From: Christensenellales bacterium
Lineage (GTDB): Bacteria; Bacillota; Clostridia; Christensenellales; DTU072
NCBI GenBank assembly: GCA_050945855.1
Contig: JBMNTS010000002.1
Span: 6,480 to 70,479, forward strand
DNA length: 64,000 bases
Direction: 5' to 3'
This document shows positions 56,718 to 64,000 of the stretch, piece by piece (the stretch's first letter is position 1; each line of letters begins with the position of its first letter). The position numbers and the translations under genes are program-made. The notes below the pieces were generated by a model. That model made no database searches. It was given only the letters and a program-made list of their open reading frames with translations, and was not told where the DNA came from.

Positions 56718-57188
56718 ATGAAAAGGCTGGCGAATCTAAAAAAAGGTATAATCTGTTACGCCGCGGGCGGCTCGGTGTCATTAATATGCACTGCCGTTAT
56801 CGCCGTTTTTGTACTATTAAACCGAAAATATGACGCCGCCCTGTGCATGCCCGTTTTTACCCTGCCCGCTCCGCAAATGTTTGCGCTTTGGATTGCCTAC
56901 GGAATTTTATTCGCTTACATAATGGGGAAAACCCTCAGCCTCAGGCAAATGCCGTTGTTTTACGCGCTGATTGGCGCAAATCTGGGCGCGGTTTTGTGGG
57001 CAATACTGTTTTATCTTAATAAAACCTTAGCCGCTTTAATTGTTATGCTTATAGTCAGCGTTACTCAAAACGCGCTTTGTTTCAGCCTGACTTCAAAAAA
57101 GGACGCAAGGTGGTTTATTCTGCTTCCCTGCGCCCTTTGGCTGTTATATTTGTTAATCTTTAATTACGCCGTAGTTTTACTTAATTAA
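56718..57188 (+). CDS. TspO/MBR-family-like membrane protein
   Basis: 156 aa with 5 TM helices. YDAALCMPVFTLPAPQMFALWIAYGILF and the C-terminal LLPCALWLLYLLIFNYAVVLLN parallel bacterial TspO (YDALEKPSWTPP...IWAVLF...IPYFLWSAFATYLSWTIYSIN, as I recall it). Confidence 0.55.
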   Translation: MKRLANLKKGIICYAAGGSVSLICTAVIAVFVLLNRKYDAALCMPVFTLPAPQMFALWIAYGILFAYIMGKTLSLRQMPLFYALIGANLGAVLWAILFYLNKTLAALIVMLIVSVTQNALCFSLTSKKDARWFILLPCALWLLYLLIFNYAVVLLN

Positions 57189-57972
57189 TCCATTTAATGA
57201 CTTTGGTAGGGCATTTTTCCACGCATTTGCCGCAAGCGATACACTTCTTGTAATCTATAATGGGCAGATTGTCCTCCATTATTATCGCGCCCTCGGGGCA
57301 AACCTTTGCGCAAAGCCCGCAGCCGATACACCCCGCCGAACATACTGAGGAAACCGCTTTTCCTTTTTCCCTCGAGGAGCATGCCACATAAATTTTGGCG
57401 TAAGAAGGCACAAATTTTAGCAAGTATTTAGGACAAATCTTTACGCATTGACCGCAGGCGGTGCATTTGTCGTGGTTAATTTCGGAAAAGCCGGTAGGAT
57501 TGACCTCAATGGCGTGAAAAGCGCATACGTCTACGCAGGAACCCATACCCATACATCCTGTGGGGCAAGCCTTGTTGCCGCCCGCGAGCAGCTCTATGGA
57601 TAAGCAGTTGCCGTACCCTTGATACTCATACTTGTTGGCGCAGCGGTTGCCGCCGCAACAGGCGTTGACGACAATGCTTTTATCCGCAATGCAGATGTTG
57701 CCGCCCAGAAGCTGGACTATTTCTTCCTTATTATGAATTGAAGTTGAGGCACAGCTGTTTATATCCGCTTTGCCCTCCGCAAGCGCTTCCGCAAATCCCG
57801 CGCACCCGGGATAACCGCAGGCGCCGCAATTCGCGCCTGACAAAAGAGCTTGTATTTTTACTACCTTCTCATCCTCTTTTACAGCAAATTTTTTGCTTGC
57901 GTAGGCGAGAATCACGCCGAATACCGCCGCCATACCGAACAGAATCAAAGCCGGAATCAATATCTCTTTCAT
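57181..57972 (-). CDS. rnfB: Rnf complex subunit B (polyferredoxin)
   Basis: 263 aa. N-terminal TM helix, the CGACGYPGCAGFAEA cluster, and several CxxCxxCxxxCP ferredoxin motifs. Confidence 0.9.
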   Translation of the reverse strand: MKEILIPALILFGMAAVFGVILAYASKKFAVKEDEKVVKIQALLSGANCGACGYPGCAGFAEALAEGKADINSCASTSIHNKEEIVQLLGGNICIADKSIVVNACCGGNRCANKYEYQGYGNCLSIELLAGGNKACPTGCMGMGSCVDVCAFHAIEVNPTGFSEINHDKCTACGQCVKICPKYLLKFVPSYAKIYVACSSREKGKAVSSVCSAGCIGCGLCAKVCPEGAIIMEDNLPIIDYKKCIACGKCVEKCPTKVIKWIN

Positions 57973-57981
57973 ACCGCCCTC

Positions 57982-58569
57982 CTATATGGTCATACCGGAA
58001 AACGCCGCAAAAGCAAGGCTCATTATGCCGGCGATAATAAGGGTTATGGGAAACCCTTGCAGCGATTTTGGTATCCTGGAAAGCTCCAATCTTTCCCTTA
58101 TCGCAGCCATCAGTACGATAACCAGGGTAAAGCCCGCCCCCGAAGCCACACTGTTGACAAAGGCGGAAAGCAGAGTCGCGCTTTCCAAAGAAGTGACGTT
58201 CATTATTGCCACACCCAGCACCGCGCAGTTGGTGGTAATAAGGGGCAGGTATACGCCCAGCGCGTTGTACAGCGCGGTCATAAACTTTTTGAGTATGATT
58301 TCCACAAACTGTACCAAGGAAGCTATGACCAGAATAAATACTATCGTGCGCAGGTACTCTATTTGGAGATTAACGAGCAAACCGTTAACCAAAAAGGTAA
58401 TTGCCCCCGCAAGCCCCATAACGAATATAACGGCAAAGCCCATACCCAAGGCGGTTTCCACCTTTCTGCTTACGCCGAGGAAGGGACAAATGCCTAGGAA
58501 TCGGGACATCAAAAAATTGTTAATGAATATAGCGTTAATAACAATAACTATGTATGCCATCCCGTTCAT
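57982..58569 (-). CDS. rnfA: Rnf complex subunit A
   Basis: 195 aa. NNFLMSRFLGICPFLGVSRKVETALGMG is the RnfA signature. Confidence 0.9.
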   Translation of the reverse strand: MNGMAYIVIVINAIFINNFLMSRFLGICPFLGVSRKVETALGMGFAVIFVMGLAGAITFLVNGLLVNLQIEYLRTIVFILVIASLVQFVEIILKKFMTALYNALGVYLPLITTNCAVLGVAIMNVTSLESATLLSAFVNSVASGAGFTLVIVLMAAIRERLELSRIPKSLQGFPITLIIAGIMSLAFAAFSGMTI

Positions 58570-59201
58570 TACGCACTTACCTCCTCAGTCGCTTTTTTAC
58601 CCTTTTCTTCTAGCTTTTTGACAACCGCGTTAAACGCCGCCATCGACAAGCCGTACACAAAAAACGCGCCCGCGGGCAGTACAAACACGCTCATTTTGTA
58701 AATTTGCAAAAAGCCTATTTCGTATCCGAACACGGAGCCTGCGCCGATCAGCTCCCTGACCGTGCCCAAAAGGGTTAATGAAAGGGTAAACCCTATCCCC
58801 ATGCCGAGCCCGTCCAGCGCGGAATCCGTCACGGGATTGACGGAAGCAAAGGACTCCGCCCTCGCGAGCAAAATACAGTTGACCACGATAAGGGGGATAA
58901 ACAAGCCCAACGCGTTGTAAAGCGCGGGAACGAATTTGCGCATAACCATTTCCACAATGGTGGTAAAGGTCGCGATGACCATAATAAAGGCGGGTATGCG
59001 CACCTTGTCCGGTATAGTTTTGCGCAGCAGGGAAATCAATATGTTGCTGAAAATCAGCACAAAGGAAGTCGCTATCCCCATGGAAAATCCGTTAATCGCG
59101 CTGGTGGTTACGGCAAGCGTGGGGCAAGTGCCCAGCACCAGCCTGAAAGTGGGATTGTTCTTTATTATTCCGTTTTTCAGTACATCAAAATATTTTTTCA
59201 A
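58569..59201 (-). CDS. rnfE: Rnf complex subunit E
   Basis: 210 aa. NNPTFRLVLGTCPTLAVTTSAINGFSMG is the RnfE signature. Confidence 0.9.
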   Translation of the reverse strand: MKKYFDVLKNGIIKNNPTFRLVLGTCPTLAVTTSAINGFSMGIATSFVLIFSNILISLLRKTIPDKVRIPAFIMVIATFTTIVEMVMRKFVPALYNALGLFIPLIVVNCILLARAESFASVNPVTDSALDGLGMGIGFTLSLTLLGTVRELIGAGSVFGYEIGFLQIYKMSVFVLPAGAFFVYGLSMAAFNAVVKKLEEKGKKATEEVSA

Positions 59202-59214
59202 TCCAAGCCTCCTG

Positions 59215-59787
59215 TTATGCCAAGCCTTGTATTTGACGGTAAAGGTGAATTGCCTCGTTTACGGCGATGTTTACTCCCACAGAGGTTTTGGTCGCGCCTG
59301 ATATCCCGTCGATATTTTTTACGCTCTCCTCCGCAATATCCGAATTGAGGCGGACTTGTGAGACCTTGGTCACATCCAGCCCTATATATTTCGCCAAATG
59401 GCTAACGGCAAAAGCCTTATCGCCCATGCCGGGAGTCTCCTCGTTGCGGTAATTCTCCAACTGAACAATCTTGTCATCCTTAATAAAAACAAGCATCTCC
59501 AGCCCGGAGCCTTTGAAAGCCTTATTGCTGTGTGAAATAAAAGCGTAAGCGCCGTCCGTCATGCTGAAAGCGTATAATACTTCGCCATCCTCGGTAAAAG
59601 AATAAGGGGTAAGATCTATGCTTATCGAAACGTCGCCGTTCTGATAAGCCTCGTCTACTTTCAGCAACGCTGCCTGGTCTTCGTCTATCTGCGTTATGGA
59701 ATTGACATAAGCAAGCAATAAGCCGGACACAAGAGCAATAACTGCCAGCACCGCAACGGTTTTTATGCTGTCCTTGTATTTTTTCAT
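59215..59787 (-). CDS. rnfG: Rnf complex subunit G (FMN-binding)
   Basis: 190 aa. N-terminal TM helix and the flavinylation motif IDGISGATKTS. Confidence 0.88.
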   Translation of the reverse strand: MKKYKDSIKTVAVLAVIALVSGLLLAYVNSITQIDEDQAALLKVDEAYQNGDVSISIDLTPYSFTEDGEVLYAFSMTDGAYAFISHSNKAFKGSGLEMLVFIKDDKIVQLENYRNEETPGMGDKAFAVSHLAKYIGLDVTKVSQVRLNSDIAEESVKNIDGISGATKTSVGVNIAVNEAIHLYRQIQGLA

Positions 59788-60830
59788 TTGCCCTCTCCTT
59801 TTTTCTTAAGGCGCAAACTTTTTTCCCTCTTTTCTCCGAAACGTTTGGGGACAATGTATTTATCCAATACTATCGCGACAAGATTCATTAGCAGCACCGC
59901 GAAGGAAACGCCCTCGGGATAACCGCCGAATCTCCTTATCAGGACGGTAATCAGTCCCGCGCCCGCAGAGTAAATAATTACTCCGAGCGAAGTGTTGGGG
60001 CTGGTGGAATAATCGGTAAGCATGAAGAACGCCGCCAGCATTACTCCGCCTGAAAGTATGGAAGTAGGCACAAAGCCGAAAGTGGGATAAAATGCCCAGG
60101 TGAAAAGCAAAACGGATACTAAAAATACTACCGGGATTTTCCAGTCAATAATCCTTCTTACTATTAAATAGATACCGCCTATGATAAGCGCGATTGCGCT
60201 CACCTCGCCCATGCTGCCGCCCACGTTGCCCCAGAATACCTGTCTTATTATGCACAGCGGGCACATGCTGCCTGCTGCCAGATTTTCCTTGTATTGAGCC
60301 AATGGCGTAGCCGCGGTAAAAGCGTCAATGTTTACCCCGAAGCCCTTAAAGTATTTGGTCAAAGCGATAAAGAAGCCCTCGGCGTAATCTATGGGCGCCA
60401 CATATTTGGTCATATACGACGCAAACGCCAAAAGCAGAAAAATACGCGCGGTTATTGCGGGGTTGGCAAAGTTTTTTCCCAATCCGCCGAAAATCATCTT
60501 TACGATAATTATGGCGAAAGCGGAGCCTATTACAGGCACGAACAAAGGCAATACCGGAGGCAGATTCAAAGCCAGAAGCAGCCCGGTGACCACTGCCGAC
60601 CAGTCGCCTATGGTTTGGGGTATTTTCGCCAATTTGCAATAAAGGTATTCCGCCCCTACCGCGGAAGCGACGCTTAAAGCTATTACCAGCAAAGGATAAA
60701 GACCGAACACGATAACGCTTACCGCTGTGGCGGGCAACAGTGCTATTATGACGTTTTGCATTATCGACTTGATGGTAAACCTCTCCGTAATATGCGGAGA
60801 TGAAGAAATCAAAAGTTTTCTTTCCGTCAT
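59784..60830 (-). CDS. rnfD: Rnf complex subunit D
   Basis: Start moved to ATG 60830 (MTERKLLISSSPHI), which overlaps the rnfC stop as ATGA. Polytopic membrane protein with an FFMLTDYSTSP flavinylation region. Confidence 0.9.
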   Translation of the reverse strand: MTERKLLISSSPHITERFTIKSIMQNVIIALLPATAVSVIVFGLYPLLVIALSVASAVGAEYLYCKLAKIPQTIGDWSAVVTGLLLALNLPPVLPLFVPVIGSAFAIIIVKMIFGGLGKNFANPAITARIFLLLAFASYMTKYVAPIDYAEGFFIALTKYFKGFGVNIDAFTAATPLAQYKENLAAGSMCPLCIIRQVFWGNVGGSMGEVSAIALIIGGIYLIVRRIIDWKIPVVFLVSVLLFTWAFYPTFGFVPTSILSGGVMLAAFFMLTDYSTSPNTSLGVIIYSAGAGLITVLIRRFGGYPEGVSFAVLLMNLVAIVLDKYIVPKRFGEKREKSLRLKKKGEGK

Positions 60831-62101
60831 ATTTTCTTCTCCCTGATTATTTTTTTGGCGACTCTTATCGATTGTACCAAAGGTCTTTTTGCAGGGCAAA
60901 TATAGGCGCAGCAGCCGCACTCTATGCAGGCAAGCGCACCATACCTTTTTGCCTCAGCAAACCTTTCGTGCTGCACGTTTGCGTCAATAAACATGGGCAT
61001 AAGGCGCATAGGACACACGTTTGCGCATTTTGCGCAATTAATGCACTCGCTGTATGAGAGACAGGAAATCTCGCCCGGGGTAAGCAGCAACAGCGCGTTA
61101 ACGCCCTTAGTGCAGCAGGGTTCCAGACTGTCCAGCGCAATACCCATCATAGGGCCGCCCACTATAGCCTTGACCCACTCGTCATTGGAGCCCAGTTTGT
61201 CCGCAAGGTAAGAAAACGGCACTCCTGTCCGGGCGTAAATGTTTTTGGGATTGACAACGCCGCCGCCCGACACAGTCATAAACCTGCCGTATAGCGGCTT
61301 GCCCAAAGCGCATGCCTCATATATGGCGTAACCGGTGGCTATGCTGACAACCAGGCATCCCACATCCGAGGGCAGCCCGCCTTCGGGCACCCTTTTGCGG
61401 GTCAAAGCGTAAATAAGCTGCTTTTCGCCTCCTTGCGGATACTTGGTTTTCAAAGGAACTACCTGCACGTCTTCCGATGCCGCCCTTTCAAGAGCTGAAA
61501 TTGCGTCCGGCTTGTTGGCTTCCACGCCTATTAACACTTCTTCCGCGCCCGACGCCAGCTTTGCGTAGGCAATGCCCTGCATTATTTTTTCGGGATATTC
61601 CAGCATAAGCCTATGGTCGCAGGTGATATAAGGCTCGCATTCCGCGCCGTTGATTATAAGCGTGCGCACCTTTTTTTGAAACTTTATCGCGGTAGGAAAA
61701 GTCGCTCCGCCCAGTCCTACAATACCCGCGTCAAAAATCCTTTGGACAATAGCCTCAGGCGTGGGATTGTCAAGAGGCGCAAGCCTTTCCTCCTCGTATG
61801 AAAAATCGTTTTTTATGGAAATATGCGCGCTTTTTCTGCCCAAGGTGTTTTCCGCCTTTATTATCCCTATTACCTCGCCGGATACCGAAGAGTGAACGTT
61901 GGCGCTGAATCCTGCCTGGGCCGCTCCGATAAGAGTGCCTGCCTTAACTTTATCGCCGGGGGATACGACTGCGCGTGCCTCTTTACCCGCATGCTGGCTC
62001 AATGGAATGGTCACTATTTCGGGCGCGTCCATAATTTCTATGGGAAAAGCGGATGTACTTTTATTCCCTTTAGGATGAACTCCTCGTCTGAATGTTTTCA
62101 A
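60827..62101 (-). CDS. rnfC: Rnf complex subunit C
   Basis: 424 aa with a TTG start 8 nt after an AAGGAG SD. MKTFRRGVHPKG, GIVGLGGATFPT and two C-terminal CxxCxxCxxxCP motifs. Confidence 0.92.
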   Translation of the reverse strand: MKTFRRGVHPKGNKSTSAFPIEIMDAPEIVTIPLSQHAGKEARAVVSPGDKVKAGTLIGAAQAGFSANVHSSVSGEVIGIIKAENTLGRKSAHISIKNDFSYEEERLAPLDNPTPEAIVQRIFDAGIVGLGGATFPTAIKFQKKVRTLIINGAECEPYITCDHRLMLEYPEKIMQGIAYAKLASGAEEVLIGVEANKPDAISALERAASEDVQVVPLKTKYPQGGEKQLIYALTRKRVPEGGLPSDVGCLVVSIATGYAIYEACALGKPLYGRFMTVSGGGVVNPKNIYARTGVPFSYLADKLGSNDEWVKAIVGGPMMGIALDSLEPCCTKGVNALLLLTPGEISCLSYSECINCAKCANVCPMRLMPMFIDANVQHERFAEAKRYGALACIECGCCAYICPAKRPLVQSIRVAKKIIREKKI

Positions 62102-62129
62102 TCTCTCATCTCCTTAAATTCATCATATA

Positions 62130-62158
62130 ATAATAGCACACCGGCAAGTAAATGTAAA
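62130..62158 (-). promoter_or_regulatory. sigma-A-type promoter for rnfCDGEAB
   Basis: Minus-strand TTTACA (62158-62153), 17 nt, TATTAT (62135-62130), about 25 nt before the AAGGAG SD and TTG 62101. Confidence 0.4.
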
Positions 62159-62485
62159 CACTTAAACGTACTGTTTTGAAGTAAAAAATGTTAAAGAAAT
62201 GAAATACTGAATCGCTGTTGCATTAAAGTTAATAAGCTAAGATTTCAGGGCGGTTATCAATAATTTTTTATCAGTTTTTCCGCCTTTTTTTGTGAGCATC
62301 GCAAAAGAAATAATAGAAATCCGCCACTATGCTTGCCAAGGCGCACCCGAAGGTAATCCGGATTAAAGCCCAAAAGGAATATCTTTTGATTTGCAATTCG
62401 GAAATAAAGTTTGCTTTTCCCGTTTCCTTTTCCAGATATACCTTGTCCTGTGTCCGTAAAGTCGAAATATGGCGAATTATGCCGC

Positions 62486-63124
62486 CTAAAAAGAAATATG
62501 GCGCAGGGAATTGACAATCACCAATGCGTATCCGTCGCTTACCCGGATACTTACCTCCCCCCTAGCCTCGTTGCTGATCCCCAAGGTATTATCCGTTTTC
62601 AATACCTTGTCCTTAAGCGGATATTTGACCCCGGTTATATCTACCGTTGCCTCGCCGCCCAAAGGAATAAGCGACAAAGTCGCCCTGCCCATTTTGCCCA
62701 AATCAAGTGAGCCGGAGGTTAGATAAACTATACTGCCATTGTTAATCATTCTGGCAGAAACTCCCGCTTTTGTCAGCCTTAATAGCAGATTAAGGTTGCC
62801 CAAAAGGTGGTCTATGCGCCTGCCGCCTCCTCCGTAAATATCAACAACGCCCGCCCCTTGCGAAATCGCAAAATCGCAAGCAAGCTCTCCGTCCGTAGCG
62901 TTTTTATCTTTGGGAAATTCTATTATCTTAGTCTTATCCGATGCGTGTCTTATGCGCGCGCTGTCAAAATCACCTATAACATAATCCGCTATGATATCAT
63001 TTTCCGCGCAAAAATCCCAGCCCCCGTCCGCGGCTATCACCATATCGTATTTCAGGCTTTTGACAGCAAACAGAGCGCGGCCTTTCGGCCTTGCTCCGTT
63101 TAAAATAATCGCTATCTTTTTCAT
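62486..63124 (-). CDS. thiN: thiamine pyrophosphokinase
   Basis: 212 aa. IAADGGWDFC, VIGDFDS and IYGGGGRRIDH motifs, plus a C-terminal thiamine-binding beta domain. Confidence 0.82.
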   Translation of the reverse strand: MKKIAIILNGARPKGRALFAVKSLKYDMVIAADGGWDFCAENDIIADYVIGDFDSARIRHASDKTKIIEFPKDKNATDGELACDFAISQGAGVVDIYGGGGRRIDHLLGNLNLLLRLTKAGVSARMINNGSIVYLTSGSLDLGKMGRATLSLIPLGGEATVDITGVKYPLKDKVLKTDNTLGISNEARGEVSIRVSDGYALVIVNSLRHISF

Positions 63125-63147
63125 GCGTTTTGCATTGCCCTTACGGG

Positions 63148-63567
63148 TTAATCCAAAAATTCGTCATATTGCGAAAGGTCTACCGAGCCTTGCGCCTCAT
63201 AATAATGCTTATCCATAAATATTTTGGTTTCGCTCAATACTTCCACAGCCTTGCCCTTGTTGTTTTTATATATCAACACAATACGGTATTTCCCTTTGAC
63301 TTCCGCCATTCTGGCTTCGCCTTGGGTGTAATCCACGCTGTTTATGACATCAAGCAACGCCTGCATTTGTTCGGTATCCGTCAAATCCTTTTCTTTGGCG
63401 GTAACGCCTTCGCCCGCGCGTCTTGTCAGGGTGATTTTTGATAAATCCTCCGCCTTTATATCCGAAAGCTTCTTTTCCTTTGGCGGATTGCAGCCCGCGC
63501 CGAACGCAGCTATACCGAAAACCAGAGCAATTGCAAGTAAAACCATAAAAACATTTTTAATACGCAT
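63148..63567 (-). CDS. small lipoprotein of unknown function
   Basis: 139 aa. Signal peptide and lipobox VFGIAAFGAG|C. GGGAGG SD upstream. No recognisable family. Confidence 0.6.
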   Translation of the reverse strand: MRIKNVFMVLLAIALVFGIAAFGAGCNPPKEKKLSDIKAEDLSKITLTRRAGEGVTAKEKDLTDTEQMQALLDVINSVDYTQGEARMAEVKGKYRIVLIYKNNKGKAVEVLSETKIFMDKHYYEAQGSVDLSQYDEFLD

Positions 63568-63646
63568 AACTATACCTCCCAGTTTAGTTTATTATAACAA
63601 AGGTGAAATTATTTTGCAATAAAGGCGCAAAGCAAAGTTACCCCGT

Positions 63647-64000
63647 CTATAAAATCGCGTAAGACTCCAAAGCCTTTTTTCTGCTCTTCCAGTCCGGCAT
63701 ATAACAATCCAGTTTTTGATAAAATAATGCGGAATGACCCGCGCATAAGAAATGCGCAAACTCGTGCATAATTATGAATTCTATGCAAGATAAAGGCGCG
63801 TAAATCAACTCGGTATTAAGCGCGATTTTACGATGAACGGGATTGCAACTGCCCCAACGGGAGCGCATTTTTTTGTAAACTATCATGCAAGGAGGAAACT
63901 CTGAGTGCCCCAAGATATTTTCTTTAATAAACCGCTCCGTAATATTCCGCAGTTTGAGCTTGTAAAAACGCAACAGCGTCTTTCTAATGGTTTCCGTATT
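63647..64000 (-). CDS. YgjP-like (DUF45) HExxH metallopeptidase, N-terminus beyond the right window edge
   Basis: RWGSCNPVHRKIALNTELIYAPLSCIEFIIMHEFAHFLCAGHSALFYQKLDCYMPDW is the DUF45/YgjP signature including HEFAH. The reading frame stays open upstream of the listed TTG through position 64000. Confidence 0.7.
   Translation of the reverse strand, partial: NTETIRKTLLRFYKLKLRNITERFIKENILGHSEFPPCMIVYKKMRSRWGSCNPVHRKIALNTELIYAPLSCIEFIIMHEFAHFLCAGHSALFYQKLDCYMPDWKSRKKALESYAIL

Noticed and set aside
60831-60920. The upstream extension of rnfD. The same kind of extension occurs at 18029..18130 (methyltransferase), 17272..17313 (TPR protein), 13942..13980 (deacetylase) and 29828..29863 (uvrC).
   Set aside because: In each case the extension overlaps the preceding gene or promoter. 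An internal ATG with an SD or an ATGA stop-start overlap matches the conserved family N-terminus.
62329-62514. A plus-strand 61-aa ORF in the thiN-rnfC spacer.
   Set aside because: It has no SD, overlaps the thiN 3' end in antisense, and its translation has no membrane or motif character. The minus-strand micro-ORFs are more plausible, though still unproven.
1-64000. A window-wide look for CRISPR arrays, defence systems (restriction-modification, Abi, CBASS, retron or TA-like genes), prophage genes and IS elements.
   Set aside because: I saw no spaced direct repeats. No ORF has nuclease/helicase/methylase, reverse transcriptase, integrase or phage structural signatures. Apart from a few proteins of unknown function, every sizeable ORF is accounted for by a housekeeping, transport or surface-protein family.

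Overview
The window looks like chromosomal DNA from an endospore-forming Firmicute, probably Clostridia-like. This inference rests on dpaA/dpaB, whiA plus a Crh-type HPr, ftsK/spoIIIE, a YlxY-type deacetylase next to an M16 peptidase, DUF421/DUF4363 and an rnfCDGEAB operon. About 90% of the window is coding, mostly on the minus strand. It is dominated by housekeeping genes: coaX, rny, recA, rimO, ftsK, glyQS, dnaE, whiA, murB, hprK, uvrC, icd, metF/metH, rnf and thiN, plus one tRNA-Glu(CUC). I found no transposase, integrase, CRISPR array, toxin-antitoxin pair or recognisable defence genes, and I cannot support a claim of a new multi-gene system. The only clearly accessory-looking element is a 10.2-kb gene (31605..41843, minus strand) for a 3412-aa lipoprotein. 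It has about 12 Ig-like modules, about 13 MBG/YGX-like modules and a roughly 1040-aa C-terminal region with jelly-roll-like segments that I cannot place in a family. Several smaller anomalies deserve a second look:
- a lipase-fold lipoprotein lacking its nucleophile, translationally coupled to an ATP-grasp ligase
- a Crh-type HPr coupled to whiA
- murB with no canonical start codon
- an AsnB paralog with a degenerate glutaminase site
- a Cys4 insertion in the DnaE PHP domain
- apparent leaderless promoters at uvrC and a TspO-like gene
- a 384-bp unannotated spacer after thiN containing a SpoVM-like micro-ORF
- a possible structured RNA at 1360..1593

All family assignments come from motif recognition by eye. 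None has been checked by a database search.
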